Below are positions 11,301 through 26,300 of a DNA stretch of 64,000 nt, piece by piece. This DNA comes from Chiloscyllium plagiosum. Its lineage: Eukaryota. The stretch spans positions 14,055,078-14,119,077 of the forward strand of contig NC_057749.1 of NCBI RefSeq assembly GCF_004010195.1, written 5' to 3'. The position numbers and the translations under genes are program-made. The notes beneath the pieces were generated by a model. It saw only the letters and a list, made by a program, of their open reading frames with translations. It was not told the origin of the DNA and did no database searches. How positions within the stretch are numbered: position 1 is the first letter of the stretch; each line of letters starts with the position of its first letter.

Positions 11301-14300
11301 GCAGTCACGTTAAAGGATGAGGCAAAACGCCTGGAAGATTTCAGGGAGAGGCAGAAGGAGACGAGGAAGAAGGTAAGAATGACGAGTGTGTGATAACAGA
11401 TGACAGGACACTTCTTTTTAAGAACGGTGTGAATTACACTGTGCTTGTATCATTGTCAGAGCTACTTAATATTGACAGATTGCACTTTGTTTGGAATTTG
11501 AAAAAGCCCCACATGTTCCTGTAGGAGCATTGCAAGATTTTTTTCATTCAAAATCTGCATAGTCCTTGCCAGATAAATATCTGAAAATGATGTTTGAAAT
11601 GTCTGTCGGTCATTTGAAGCACTCTGGGGACAAAGAATCTGACCTGAACAATGTGTTTTTGTTCTTGCTGAAAAGGAAATGTAAAACCACAGGCTTTTTA
11701 CATAAAATGAAGTTAATCTTTCATGACCTGAACTCTAGCTTGTCTTGAAAGCTTGACCTGTTTGAGTGTTGAGAGATCAGTTCAAGCCTGAATTCAGGTT
11801 TGTAAATTGTCAGGTTTTTTCCCCCTTTTTTGTTTTAAAAGCTGCCTTTACTAAAGGCCATGTGGAGGTGCCGGTGTTGGACTGGAGTGGACAATGTCAG
11901 AAGTCACACGACATCAGGTTATAATCAGACAGGTTTACTTGAAATCACAAGCTTTTGCAGTGCAGATTTCAAATAAACCTGTCTGACTATAATCTGGTGT
12001 TGCTTGACTTCTGACTTTTCTAAAGGCACCATCTCTTGTCAGGATTCAGTTCTGTCGGTTTTTAAAAATTCCTGGTACCTATCCCTAAAATAGTCTGAGA
12101 TAGTGGGGTTTAATGACCCATTCAGGAGAGCTGAACCACCTCTATTTTCAATAGATGCAGACATAAACACATTTTCAGAGCAGAAATGACTGAATTCAAG
12201 TGCTGTCTCCCTCCCCGATCTAGCTCTGATGTGACAGACTGTTGTAGAAGGAAGGTGGTGGTGTTACAGTTTGACCCAGGTAATGTCCCTGGGAGCTGGG
12301 TTTGAATCCTATTGGTATTTGAATTGTTGGGGGTTTGGTAAAATGAAATCTTCTGGTTAATAATGCTCTTTTAGGAACAAAAATCTACTGTCCTTACATG
12401 GTCTGGCCTACATGTGACTCCAGACCCACAGTGATGGGGTTCAGTCTCTGATCTCTGCGTGATTTAGGAATGGGCAATAAATGCTGTGTCTGTGTGTGTC
12501 TGTGTGTCTGTGTGTGTCCGGAATCAAAGGACCATTAGCCTGATTCTTGGGATTTCTACTGGGAATGAACGAGATGATTATTTGGAAAAGAAAAAAAATC
12601 CAATTGGAAATTTATGGTATCTAATTTTGCTAACCTTCCGAATGGGTGAGCACTTTCATCTAGAAGGATAAGAGCAACCGATCCATAGGGCCACCATCCT
12701 ATCCAAACCAATCACTATCCTGATTTGGAAATGTGTTGCTCGTTCCCTCACTATTACTGGGTCCAAATCCTGGAGCTCCCTCCTTAACAGTACTATTAAG
12801 GTCTGCAGTGATTTTAAGAAATCAGTTCACTGCTAACTTCTGGAAGGGAAACTGGGGACAAGCAATAAATGCAGGTGCAGCCAGTGACACTCCCATCTCG
12901 TGAATGAATGAAAAAAATTTCAGCTCTTGCTATGGATGGATTTAATTCTGAAATTCCCAATGGGTTTTGCAATTCCAGGATGGTTGTTGGTCCCACTGTC
13001 TCTAACTTTATGTAAAATTGATGAGGGGTTCACAATTTGTTTAAATGGTAGAGGAATGTGTGAATGAGAGGGGAAATGTTCATATTGATGAAGGCTTTTA
13101 AAATAACAGAGACCGATTATCCTGTCACCAAGTCACTCCTTATTTACATGGGCTGTGACCAGCCAGCTCAGCCAGTCCCGAGACTGAGGAGACTTTCTGA
13201 AGCCTCCTATTTATAAGAGTTTTATTTGTTAGCCACCCTCTGTGTAATACTATTTACGCAACAATTCAAACCCAGTTTTTTTTTTTAAACTGAACCTATT
13301 TTTTTCTAATCAACGTGTTCAGAGATGTTATCTCCTCTTTGATCAGGTGGGATTTGAACCCAGGCCCCCCACTTCAGGGGTAGGGGCATTACCACTGTGC
13401 CACAACAGGGACCCTATTTTCTGTTTACATCTCTCAGCCAGGGCTCCCTGATTAGCTGAGGGTTGTTAACCTGGGCCGAGATCCACCTGGCACGGTGGGT
13501 CAGTGGTTAGCACTGGGTGCCTCACAGTACCAGGGTCCCAGGCTTGATTCCAGCCTTGGGCGACTGTGTGGAGGTTGCACATTCTCCTCATGTCTGTGTG
13601 GGTTTCCTCCAGATGTTCCGGTTTCCTCCCACAGTCCAAAGATGTGCAGGTCAGGTGAACTAGCTATACTAAATTGCCCATAGTGTAAGGTGCATTAGTC
13701 AGAGGGAAATGGGTTTGGGAGGGGTTACTCTTCAAAGGGTCATTGTGGACTTGTTGGGCCGAATGGCCTGTTTCCACACTGTAGGGAATCTAATCTGGCC
13801 ATGGTTCCAATCACTACAGCTTTTTAATAATCTGTCCTGGTTGGAGGGTAGGGTATTGATTCTATTTGAGGTCAGCAACCTGACAAAGTGATCTGCTCTG
13901 GTCATTTTTATTTTCACAAATTAAACTAACCTCAGCACGTTTTACCAACAGTATGAAAATGCCATGGACCGTGTTCAGAAGAGCAAAGTGGCTTTGTATA
14001 AGAAGACACTTGACGTAAGCAAAACATTGTGGGGCAGTTGACAAAACGGACTCCATCGAAGGGATTTTTTTTGGATAAAGGACAACAAACTCAAAGAATG
14101 TGCATTTATAGCAATTAGTTCAAAAAGTTGTAGTATTTTAAGAAAGCTACTTACTTCGTTATTAATTATCTTTTTAAAGAAGAATTGGATAAAAACTTGG
14201 AGGGAGAATATTATGGAGCAATGACCATAGATTAGGAGAGTGGGCCTAATTGTATATCTCCTAAGGAAGGATATGCTTACCTTGGTGACAGTACGGTGTA

Positions 14301-17300
14301 AATTCATCAGAGCAATCCCTGGGATGAGGGATTATAAGCAGAAACTGAATAATTTTGAGGCACTATTTGCTGGAGTATAGAGGAGTGGGAGGTTGGATAG
14401 ATGGTGATCAGGAATGGGAGCATGGCTCCATTTTCCCCACTTTCCCCTAATATGAAGGAGCTACAGTCAGCCACAGCACCTGAAATCCAATAAAACTGGA
14501 TACTTCCAGTTGATGCAGTTCACCACTTGCTAAGGTATGTATGTGTTTTGGGGAGGTGTTTTTGTGTCAGGGTGTGAGCTGTAGCCTGCTGATGGAGGTA
14601 GTTAGCTACCTGGTCAATACCAACATCAAACTGAATGATGGGACACTACTTTGACACCAGCCAAGCCATCCTGATGGTCATGTCTCTTGACCTGTCTTGT
14701 CTAACTTTGCAGTCAAAGAAATGCTATGAACAGAAATGTAAAGAAGCAGATGAGGCTGAGCAGAGTGCTGAGCGTGTTCAATCCACAGGAAACCAGAAGC
14801 AAGTCGAAAAGGTAAACTACTCACTGACCAGAAATAAGGTCGTTGCTTCCCTCATTTAGTTTCTTTTCGTAATTTTTCTATTTCTTTCGCCATTTGAATT
14901 TGTTTCTCCAATAATCTCACCCTCTTTATTGTGAGACGGTTTTTATCCTTGATTCCTTGCCTGCCAGTTCTAGGTTTTTGCTTTGGTCTCTGGTCTTTAG
15001 TTTGAATGTGTATGTGTGAGCATTTGGGACTTGACCTGTTCTGCTGAATGTGCTCTTCCTCTCCTTTCGGTAACTGTGATGTCTTTTAGACTTTATCCTT
15101 TCACTAATTGTTCACATTTTCTGTGTATTTTTCTGTTGGACCCAGGAGACCAAGAGCATGTTGGAAATGTAATTGATCCTAATTAAAGGCACAGCACAAT
15201 TTGGACATTCACTACACTGCACTGAAGCTCTTGACTCGGTGTTGAACTCTAACAACACTCCTGTCACTTGCTCTGGTGCCTCTTCAGAATATAAACCTTT
15301 CAAGCACAGCCTCTGATCAGATGGCCCTGCTCCTGCATCCTCAGCTGGATGAGAACAGCCCATGTCCAGGGATTGTGCATCAATGGCTGGCCCTCAAGCT
15401 GCAATACTACAGTTAGCTGTTTGAATTAGTGCCTCTTTTCACTTGAGACCTTTCTAAAATAAGCATCTTGGAGAGTGACATTGAAATAACTCCAGAGGCC
15501 AGTGTCCCATCACTAGGTCCTCCTTTCTTTACACATGGAGAGTCTTTGACACTGATCCAGCTCCCTCAGAGCCAGCTCTCAATGAGCAGAACCTCTGATA
15601 TTTCTGTTATTTTTTTCTTATTTCTTTCTTCTTTTTTCTTTTTCTGTTTTTTCTTTTAATTTAACCCCCACACTACCGCCTAACTGCTGTAGTGCTTATT
15701 TTTTCCTCAGCACCCATGGTGTGTGTGTGTGCAGGTGTGAGACACAGTGAGAGACACTAAGTGCACCAATCTTTATTCAATTTCCACCACCAGGAAGATA
15801 GGAAAACGCCTGGGTGGCCAGTGATATACCTGTTTATATCTATCAACTAGAACTCCCTGATTGGACAAGATTAACAGCCCAGTCAGGGAACTCATTCTCT
15901 CAGGGCCATCTGGCTGACTGTTACAATCACAACAAAATGTATTAGTTGTCTTCTTGCAACTCTAGTACAAGAGAGGGGCTTGCATTCAGAGACGTTTTGT
16001 CTGTTTCCTCCATTGCCATCTCTTTCTGTCTACCTCTTGCTCTCTCTCTCTGACTGTGTATTTTCTTCCAACCACTCATTCCCCCACCTTTCTCTCTTGC
16101 TCATACTCTGTCTGTGTGCGTGTCTGTGTGCGTGTCTGTCTTTTTCTATCTGTCCCTTCCCCATTTCTCTCTGCTCAATTCCTAATTTCTTTTGTCTCTC
16201 TCTTTGTCACACCCTCTCTTACCAACTCCTGTCTCTGTCTCTGTCTCTGTCTCTGTCTCTGTCTCTGTCTCTGTCTCTCCTTCTCCACTTTTCCTTGCCT
16301 GTGCTCCTGTGTTTTTCCCTCTCTCATCCCTCACCCTGCTGCATCTGTTTCCCTCCCAACCATCTCTCTCTCTCTTCGTTGTCCTCGTTTCTCCTTCTGT
16401 CCCTCTCTAATCCCCTATGCAGCTGTGCCGGTGTCCTTCACCCCACACCCGCCACCACTATCTGTTTTTGTTCCCCACTCCCTTCCCTTTTTAAAAACTT
16501 GCAATTCACTTTTGTTTAAATACTCTAAGATAACACAATGTCTTTTAAAAAAAACTTCCTTCGTAACAGATGAAATTTGTAGGGCAGAGAATGAGTGGAT
16601 TCTGGGAGAACCTGTTGGGCTGAATGTTATGGCTTAGAGTGGACGCTGGGAAATTGTTTCCGTCAGGCGGGGATTCTACGACCCATGGGCACAGCCTTAG
16701 AATTAGAGGGGGTCAATTTAGAATGGAAATGAGGAGACATTTCTTCAGCCAGAGAGTGGTGGGCCTGTGGAATTCATTGCCATGGAGTGCAGTGGAGGCC
16801 GGGACATTAAAAGTCTTTAAGGCAGAGATTGATAAATTCTTAATCTCGCAAGGAATTCAGGGATAAGGGGCAAGTGCGGATAAGGGGCGTTGAAATGCCC
16901 ATCAGTCCATGATTGAATGGCGATTGGACTTGATGGGCCGAATGGCCTTTCTTCCACTCCTATTTCTTATGGTTTATATTAAAGGAATCCAAGGATTCAG
17001 GTGTAGCCACACTATTCTTTATTACCAGCTGAAAGCTCTGGACTGAGACACAGCTCCTGTGACTGGAGAGCTGTTTATGCATAACCCCAGGTGTAACCAC
17101 ATCCAAGCTTTGTACACTAGGAATGTCTCTATTTGCTTGTGATCGTGTTTGTGCACAGACTTGCATTGTAGCTGGACTCTGTGTCATGTGAGCTTTTGAG
17201 GCCATCTGTGCATTTTATTTTTAAATGTGTGATTCCCAAGCTCTCCTGATCAGGGCCCATAAATGATCAAACTGGAGCTGTGCATGTCTAATCTTGACAC

Positions 17301-20300
17301 ATTCACTGACAGTTGTAGTCTTCTGCATTTGACAGGTGTAGTGATCTGTTTAAGCATGAGCCCCCGACATGCCCAGACTGAGAAAACACAGGTTCTCTAA
17401 CCCCTGCCACACCCTGCCCTTCCCATGCACCAAATTGAGGAAGGAGGGCTTTTTAAAAAAAAAATTACTTGTGGGACATTGGCATCGCTGGCTGGGTCTG
17501 TGTTTATTGCTGACCCTGAATTAACCTTGAGGTGGTGGTGAGCTGCTGCCTTGAATCACTGCAGTCTGTGTGCTATAGATAAACCCAGAAAGCTGTTACG
17601 GTGGGAATTCCAGTATGTTGACCCAGCAACAGCGAAAGAATGGTGCTATATTCCCCAACGTCAAGATGATCAGGGGCTTGGAGAAGAACTTGCAGGGGGT
17701 GGTGTTCCCAAGTATCTGCTACCATTGTCCTTCAAGATGAAAGTGGTTGTAGGTTGGAAGGTGCTGTCTGAGGATCTTTGGTGAATTTATGCAGTGCATC
17801 TTGTAGATGGTACACACTGCTGCAACTGAGGGAGTGGATGTTTGTAGAAGTAGCGCCAATAATACGGGCTGCTTTGTCCCAGATAGTGTTGAGCTTCCTG
17901 AGTGTTGTTGGAGCCTGGATAAAATTCCTCTGATGGGAAAGGCAGCTGGGATGGATGTTATATCAGGGCATGAGGAACCTGGAGCACTGTGTTCTGTCTT
18001 GTTCTCCTGAACAAGTGTGGGGCACATTGGGAGGGTTTCTGCAAACCTGGCTGATCTTGCATTGGTCAAAATGCACTGGCAGCAATTCTCTTCTATGGGA
18101 TGTAGGTGTCAGTGGCAAGGCTAGTGTCTGTGTTGCCTATCCCTCGATGGAGTGGCTAGCTCTGCCATTTCGGAGGGCAGGTTAACACTCATCCACATTG
18201 TATTGGATCTGAACTCCAGTCTAGGCCAGACTGGGAAAGGGTGGCAGATTTCCTTCCTTAAAGTGCAGTTGTGAACCAGATGGGCTTTTAATGACAGTTC
18301 CATGGTTGCTGTTACTCATGGTAATGCCTGCTGAATGAATTAACTGGAAACACTACCAGCTGATGTGGTAGGATTATGAATCCATGTCTCCAAATGATTA
18401 TCCTATATCTCTGGATTACTATTCCAGTGACAGTACCTCTACGCTACCATCGCATTCTAATTAAATAATGTGTGTGTCTGCTCCACAGAGTCAGAATAAA
18501 GCCAAGCAATCTCGTGATGCAGTGAATGATGCAGGTATGTGATCTCTAGTTCTTGTGCAAACCTTGACCAGGACTTTAAGTGTATTTTTATGTTAGTGGC
18601 AAATCACTCAAATAGTGACTGCTAGGCTGTGAAACTTGACTTTTCCTCAACTACCCCAATGCTGTGTTCCCAAAACTCTCCTTCAAGATAATATTGGCTG
18701 CTTTACCCGTATTATCTCCTATATATCTCCCTCCATTGGCAAAAGAAATCTTTTCAGTTCCTGTATCTAAAACCTTCGACTAAATGTGGGCCATTCTCCC
18801 TAGACCAGTTCTCTCCCTATGGTGCTCCCAATCATTAATTCATTCCTTTTCTATATACAGATTCCAGCCTCTAACAACTATTTACTTAAAACTTTATAAT
18901 GTGGATGGTTATGTTGATAAAGCAGAAGGGGGTCTTTCAAATGGAGTCCATGCTCCTTAGTACAATGTGTGAGAAAGGGACGTTTTGTTTTACAGTTAAA
19001 TTGAGCGTTTTTGAATCCAGTCTGCAGCTGGACAGGTGTGGAGTTAGTATTTTGAGCCCTAGGTTTTAGACAGTTCCTTCCAAACCCATAACCACATTAT
19101 CTGGAAGGACAAGAGTGGTAGTTACATGGGAACACCACCCATCCAAGTTCCCCTTCAAACCACTCACCACCGTGATTTGGAAATACTTTGCCATTCCTTC
19201 AGTGTTGCTAGATCAAAATCCTGGAATTCACTCCCTAAGAATCATTAGAATCCCGACAGAGTGTGGAAGCAAGGCATTAGTCCATTGAGTCTACACCAAC
19301 CCTCTTTAAGGGCATCCTACCCAGACCCGATCTCTGTAACCCTGCATTTCCCATGGCTAATCCACTTAGCCTGCACATCCCTGGACACTGGGTAATTCAG
19401 CATACACAATCCATCTTACTTGCACATCTTTGGACTGTGGGAGGGAACCCATGCAGACACTGGGAGAATGTCTGTGTCTGTGTCTGTGTCTGTGTGTGTG
19501 GAGTTTGCACAGTCACCCGGAGGCTGGAATCGAACCTGGGCCCCCAAGCCTCTGCGCCTACTTGCAACACGGGGATTGCAACAGTTCAAGAAGGCAGCTC
19601 ACCCCCACCTTCTCAAGGGTAACTAGGGAAGGGCAATAAATGCTGGCCCAGCCACGGAAGGATGCTGTGAAACTTGAAAGGTTGTTGCCAGGGTTGGAGG
19701 ATTTGAGCTGCAGGGAGAGTCTGGGGTGGTTTTTCCTGGAACATCGAAGGCTGAGGGGTGACCTTATAGAGGTTTATAAAATCATGAGGGGCATGGATAA
19801 GGTAAATCGACAAGGTCTTTTCCCTGGGGTGGGGGAGTCCAAAACTAGAAGGCATAGGTTTAGTCTGAGGAAGAAAAATTTAAAAGGGACTTAAGGGGCA
19901 ACTTCTTATGCAAAGAATGTGTGGAATGAGCTGCCAGAGGAAGTGGTGGAGACTGGTACAATTATGGCATTTAAAAGGCATCTGGGTGCGTATGTGAATA
20001 GGAAGGGTTTAAGAGGGATATGGGTCAAGTGCTCGCAAATGGGATGAGATTAGTTTAGGATATCTGGTTGGCATGGATGAGTTGGACCGAAAGGTCTGTT
20101 TCTGTGCTGAGAGAATGGAATAAAAAATGCCCAGTGGCCTTTCTCTTTGCAAGGCTTTCCATCCCCCCCCTCCTGTCAATGATACAAAATAAACTGCTAA
20201 ACTGACTTGTGGTCTTGATGCATTCCTATCATGTGACCATTTGGGCATGATCAGTGGTGAAGATGAATCTTAATGACGTGGTGTTCTTTGTCCTTCAACA

Positions 20301-23300
20301 GCCCGTCACTTGCAGAGTTATGGGTGCAGGGGAAGGCAATAACTTTATTGAGAAAATAAAGTTTGCCCCTATGATACCCTCAACAATGTGGAAGGAAAAT
20401 CACCAGCAACGCAAAAGCTTGCATACAGAACATATTTAGGAGGTGGTGGGGGAGGGAAATGGGGGTAAGAAGAGAGAGAGAGGGGGGGAATGTGAAGGTT
20501 GGGAGACGGTTAGGTTTTGCGATTAATCACACTCTCTCTTTTGAGAAACATACAATACTTTTCATCAAGTCATAAACGGGAAAGCGGCCTATTATCAGGT
20601 TACTCAGCAACACACTGCTTTGCAAAGAGCCAATTACCTTGGTGTCACTGCTGCTGTTTGTTAAACTAAGAAATATCCAAGCTTTGCAGCAGCAAATTCC
20701 GAAAGTCGGCTGAATCAATGACCCCAGTCTGTATTGTGGTTTCTTTTGGGTTGATGGAGGGGGACATATCTCAAGATACCAGAGAACACTTCCCACCACC
20801 ACCTCTTTTTTTTTAAACCCCCCTTCCCTATTCAGAAGGAAGGCAGTGCAATCTTCTCATTGGTCACTTCAACCACCTGAACAAATAAGACCAAACATTG
20901 GAGACACACAACGGGTCTGGAAGTGTCTGTGGAGAGAGCAACAGAGTTAACGTTTTGAGTCCAAAGTCACTCTTTGTTCTCAAGAAGAATTTTACCTGAC
21001 TTAAAAAGTTGACTGCTTCTCTGTCCACAGATGCTGCCAGACCTGCTGAGTTTCTCAAGTGTTCTGTGTTTGTTTGAGATTTTCAGTATCCACGGTATTT
21101 TGTTGTTAGCACAAATGGGACCATGGCTTTGTGTCCCATCAGAAGACTGGAGCCTTCAGCAATGCAACTTTGCACACTATGCTCGACTATCAAGATTATC
21201 TACAGAGGTCCTGGAGTAGAGATGTAACCAGTAATTTAGATATTTGTAACTAACCTGTTCAAACACCCCTCTGTAGCAGGTGCGATTTGAAACCCTCCTG
21301 CCTTCTGGATTAGAGGTAGAGACACTATCAGTGCACCACAAGAGTCTGACCAGAAATGTTTAGGCTCAGGGTCAACTGAACCATATTGACATTTGAAACT
21401 ACAAACTTGCAGGACGTAGAAGGGAGCGAAGTTGGACTGTAATTATCTTCCACACTCCCTATAATCATTGTGTCCTTTTAATTTCTGTCAATAGCTGTGG
21501 ACTGGAACTGCACTTTCTAATTATAATAATGGGTTGGTTGCATTTTTCAGGAAACTCTGGGCTGTGTTAAGTTGGTTTAAAAAAAGTAGATTGGTTCGCT
21601 TTGTTTAAAATAAGAATAGGGCTTCAGTTACAACACGTCATAGATGTAGCTTTGACAAGGTATAGTTATTTTACTTTCTGAACAATGTATACAGTCTTTC
21701 ACATGATAAATATAGCATCCAAATGGTGCTAAAACTCATGTTGACTATTCGGGGATAACTATAGGCTGAAATATTCCTTTGAAACCAAGTCAAGATTAAA
21801 ATAATTGACACAATTGAGACTCTTCAGCAATCATCTTTTTATGTGCAAGAAAGCATGGTACATTTAATTTATGCAGTTTAACTTCAAGACATTAACTTTA
21901 TGTATTGCTGGCCAGGCAAGTTGATTTGCAAATGGGCTCCAGAACAGAGAGACCTAGGGGTTCAGGTACTTAATTCTTTGAAGTTTGTAGACCTGGTGGT
22001 TAAAAAGGCATTTGGTACGCTTGTCTTCATTGTTCAGTCCTTGGAGTGTAGGAGTTGAGAAGTCATGCTGAGGTTGTACAGGACATTGGTGAGGCCTCTT
22101 CTGGAAGACTCTGTCCAGTTCTGGTCACCCTGTTACAGGAAGGATATTATTAACTGGAGAGGGCTCAGAAGAGATTTACCACAATGTTGCCAGGTATGGT
22201 GTTCAAAGTTAAAAATCACAACACCAGGTTATAGTCCAACAGGTTTATTTGGAAGCACTAGCTTTCGAAGCGCTGCTCCAACATCAGATGGATGAAGAAG
22301 CAACACTCCGAAATCTAATGCTTCCAAATAAACCTTTTGGATTCTAACCTGGTATTGTGATTTTTAACTTTGAACATCCCAGTCCAACAGTGGCACCTCC
22401 ATATCAAGCCAGGTATGGTATTTGAGGTATTAAAGAAAGGCTGGATGGGCTGGGACTTTTTTTCACTAGAGTATAGGGGGTTGAGAGGTGGCCGTCTAGA
22501 TGTTTGTAAAATCATGAGGGGTAGAGATAGGGTTAATGGTAGATGTCTTTTCCTTAGGATGGTGGATTTCAAGACTGAGGGTCATATTTTTAAGATGAGA
22601 GAACAAGGATTTTGAAAAAGACATAAGTAACAATTTCTTTTACACTGAAGATGGTTCACATGTGGAATGAACGTCCTGAGGAAGTGGTGGATGTGGGTAC
22701 AGTTACGTTTAAAAGACATTTGGATAGGCACGTGAATAGGAAAGGTTTGAAGGGATATGGGCCAGGAGTAGGCAGGTGGGACTAGTTTAGTTTGGGATTA
22801 TGTTCAGCGTGGACTGGTTGGACCAAGGGTCTGTTTCCGTGTTGTATGACTCTTTTATGACCGACAACAGAACACGTTTGCAAGCCAGGGACTGCTTGTA
22901 TTTCTGTTACAGGATACACCCTGTGGGCGGCACGGTGGCACAGTGGTTAGCACTGCTGCCTCACAGCGCCAGAGACCCGGGTTCAATTCCCACCTCAGGC
23001 GACTGACTGTGTGGAGTTTGCACGTTCTCCCCGTGTCTGCGTGGGTTTCCTCCGGGTGCTCCGGTTTCCTCCCACAGTCACAAAGATGTGCAGGGCCAGG
23101 TGAATTGGCCATGCTAAATTGCCCGTAGTGTTAGGTAAGGGGTAAATGTAGGGGTATGCGTGGGTTTCGCTTCGGCGGGTCGGTGTGGACTTGTTGGGCC
23201 GAAGGGCCTGTTTCCACACTGTAATGTAATCTAAAAAAACCCCTCGATCTGTTCTGATGCACTTGAACCCAGAACCTCTGGCACAGAAAAAGGAGCACCT

Positions 23301-26300
23301 CCCCACAATGCCACAAAAACCCTAAAACCACACCCTTCTTTACCCATAACCATGTGACTGACTGAAGAGTAACTGCAAGAAGCAAGAGATTCTTGTGTCT
23401 AAACTCTTTGACCTTGTGTTTACAGAGAGACACTCCACATGCTGTTGCAATAAGCACACATTCAGTCTAGTTAAGGAGAGCTGAGACCCTAGTTAATACC
23501 CAAGCCATCAATACAATTAACATCTAATTGATAGACCACTGACTCCAATCATAAATTAACCTGATTTAACGAGCCAATTAGTTATAAAAGAATTATTGCC
23601 AGCAAATATAAAATCCTGATATTACTTTTTCAGTTACAAGGAGTATGTCATAGAATCAAACAGCACAGAAGAGGCCCTTCGGCCTATCAAGTCTGTACCA
23701 CCAAATGTCAATGTTGGATGTTAAGATTCTTCATGCAAACAGTGGTGAGCCTGTGGAATTCTCTTCCACACAACAGTTGAGGCTAAAATATTGAATATTT
23801 TCAAGAAGCCATTAGATATAGTTCTTGGGGAGAAAGGGATCAAAGGGGATGGGGAGAAAGCAGGAACAAAGGACTGAGTTGGATAATCAGTCATGGTCGT
23901 ATTGAAAGGTGGGGCAGGCTTGAAGGGCTGAATGGCCTACTCCTCCTATTTTCTAAGTTGAATGAAGTTACTTCCAGTTCCAGTCAGAAAGTATATTTGC
24001 ACTCTGCTTCCAGAGGTTAAATAGTGGAGGACATAACAAAAATGTTATTGGGATATGGTGAAATAACAGAATTGTTTTGATTAACAGATGGATGTCATGC
24101 CAACACTCTGACTGGAAATATCACACTGTCTTTGTCAGTGTGTTAATAGGCTGTTTCTACCATTAGGTAACTGTCAGAAAATAAGTGCAAACCATCTGTT
24201 TCAGTCATAAATAGATCTTGTTGCTGATTCATATTTACATCACCTGTGGGGTTTTCAAATAACTAACCTGCTCACATTAATAAGTGCTAGGCAGACTTTA
24301 GCAATGCTGTCATCTTGCGTTGTGTGTATTTAAAGTATGTTGATTAAGGAATGAAATGTACGTTCATTAAATTTCAGACAGTTTGGCAAAGCTTTCTGAA
24401 TTTGCTGATCAAGATGTTTATTGGAGTCTGTTTCCTGGTGTGTGGGTGTTCAATGCTAAGCGAAAAAAAAGCTTTATCTTCAGGTCAAGATCGACTTGAG
24501 TTATTTCTTTGCAGGTTAAGGTGCATTCTGGTTAATGCCACTGTGTCCACAACAGTAAAGACTGCTGGGTGAAAAATTATTTTTATCTACCAAAGTACAA
24601 AGTGAATCTGATTTAAGTTTACTTGACCCAGTTTGGGAGCTGGGTGGTACAATTGATGGGATTGGGGTTATATTGGCACTGGAATTAGAGACCCGGCAGA
24701 GAATAATCTTTTTGTATATAGAGTCATAGAGATGTACAGCATGGAAACAGACCCTTCCGCCCAACCCGTCCATGCCGATCAGATATCCCAACCCAATCTA
24801 GTCCACCTGCCAGCACCTGGCCTATATCCCTCCCAACCCTTCCTATTCATATACCCATCCAGATGCCTTTTAAATGTTGCAATTGTACCAGCCTCCTCCA
24901 CCTCCTCTGGCAGCTCATTCCATACATGTACCACCCTCTGCGATTTAAAAAGTTGTCCCTTAGGTCTCTTTTATATCTTTTCCCCTCTCACTCTAAACTT
25001 ATGCCCTCTAGTTCTGGACTCCCCGACCCCAGGGAAAAGACTTTGTCTGTTTACCCTATCCATGTCTCTCATGATTTTATAAACCTCTAAGGTCACCCCT
25101 CAGCCTCCGACGCTCCAGGGAAAACAGCCCCAGCCTGTTCAGCGTCTCCCTATAGCTCAAATCCTCCAACCCTGGCAACATCCTTGTAAATCTTTTCTGA
25201 ACCCTTTCAAGTTTCATAACATCTTTCCGATAGGAAGGAGACCAGAATTGCATGCAATATTCCAACAATGGTCTAACCAATGTCCTGTACAGCTGCAACA
25301 TGACCTCCTAACTCCTGTACTCAGTACTCTGACCAATAAAGGAAAACATACCAAACGCCGCCTTCACTATCCTATCTACCTGCAACTCGACTTTCAAGAA
25401 GCTACGAACCTGCACTCCATATATGAGACACTACTTTTAATATTTGCTTGTAGGTTGTAGGCACCATAGATAATTAAGGTCAGCATTTGTTACCCATTCC
25501 TTCACCTACTTGAAAAGGTAGCAGGAAGCCCTCTTTGTGAATCCTTGCAAAGTGTTTGTGGTAGTTAGAGCCACAGTGCTGATAGAAAGGGAACCCCAGG
25601 TTGTTTTTTTTTAACCCAGCAACAGTGAAGGGGAACTTGCAGGTGAGGGTGTTTCCCTTTGCCTGCTGCCCTTGTTCTTCTGGGTGTTAGAGGTCACCAT
25701 TTTGGAGGATTCTGCACTGGCATCTCGTGCAGTGCACCTGGAAGTTGCTACACGTTAATCGACAGTACAATGGTTAGAGCCACATTGTGGTGCTGGGAGT
25801 GAATATTTTTGTTGGTCAGTCATCTGTAACCTGAATGTTAAACTAGTCCACACTCATTGGCTGGGTCTGTTTTCTGGAAGGGAGTTGACTGGCTTGTCTC
25901 AATCATCCATATTATATACTTTGATTACAGTAAAAGTAGACCATATTTCTCGTCAAGGTGACAGGTTTGCAGTGGGGCTGCCAATCTGGTAGTCTGGCAT
26001 TATTATTGGTGCACTGGAGTAACTAATCATTAGCCATACAAGGTTAGATGCAGAGTAAACTTTGCTTTGGAATTGGAATGCCATTGAATCATTGTCTACG
26101 TTTAGAAAATGTGATTGAATTTGAGTTTAGATTTGCATACCAAACCCAAAGATCCGAAATCTTTTTAGCAAAGTACAGACCTATGGGTTAACACCCTAAA
26201 CCAAAGAGGGAGAGAGAATGGGAATATAAAGAGTTGGATACATCTTGTAGTTGCAGCATCACTAAGCTGTGCCAGTTAACTAGCTATTGTCCACATCTAT

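Noticed and set aside
15980..16637. ORFs of 179, 193 and 72 aa
   Set aside because: Products of a stop-poor pyrimidine microsatellite tract; no protein-like content.
22923..22995. tRNA-like sequences with A/B boxes
   Set aside because: They are SINE heads continuing into SINE core and tail, not tRNA genes.
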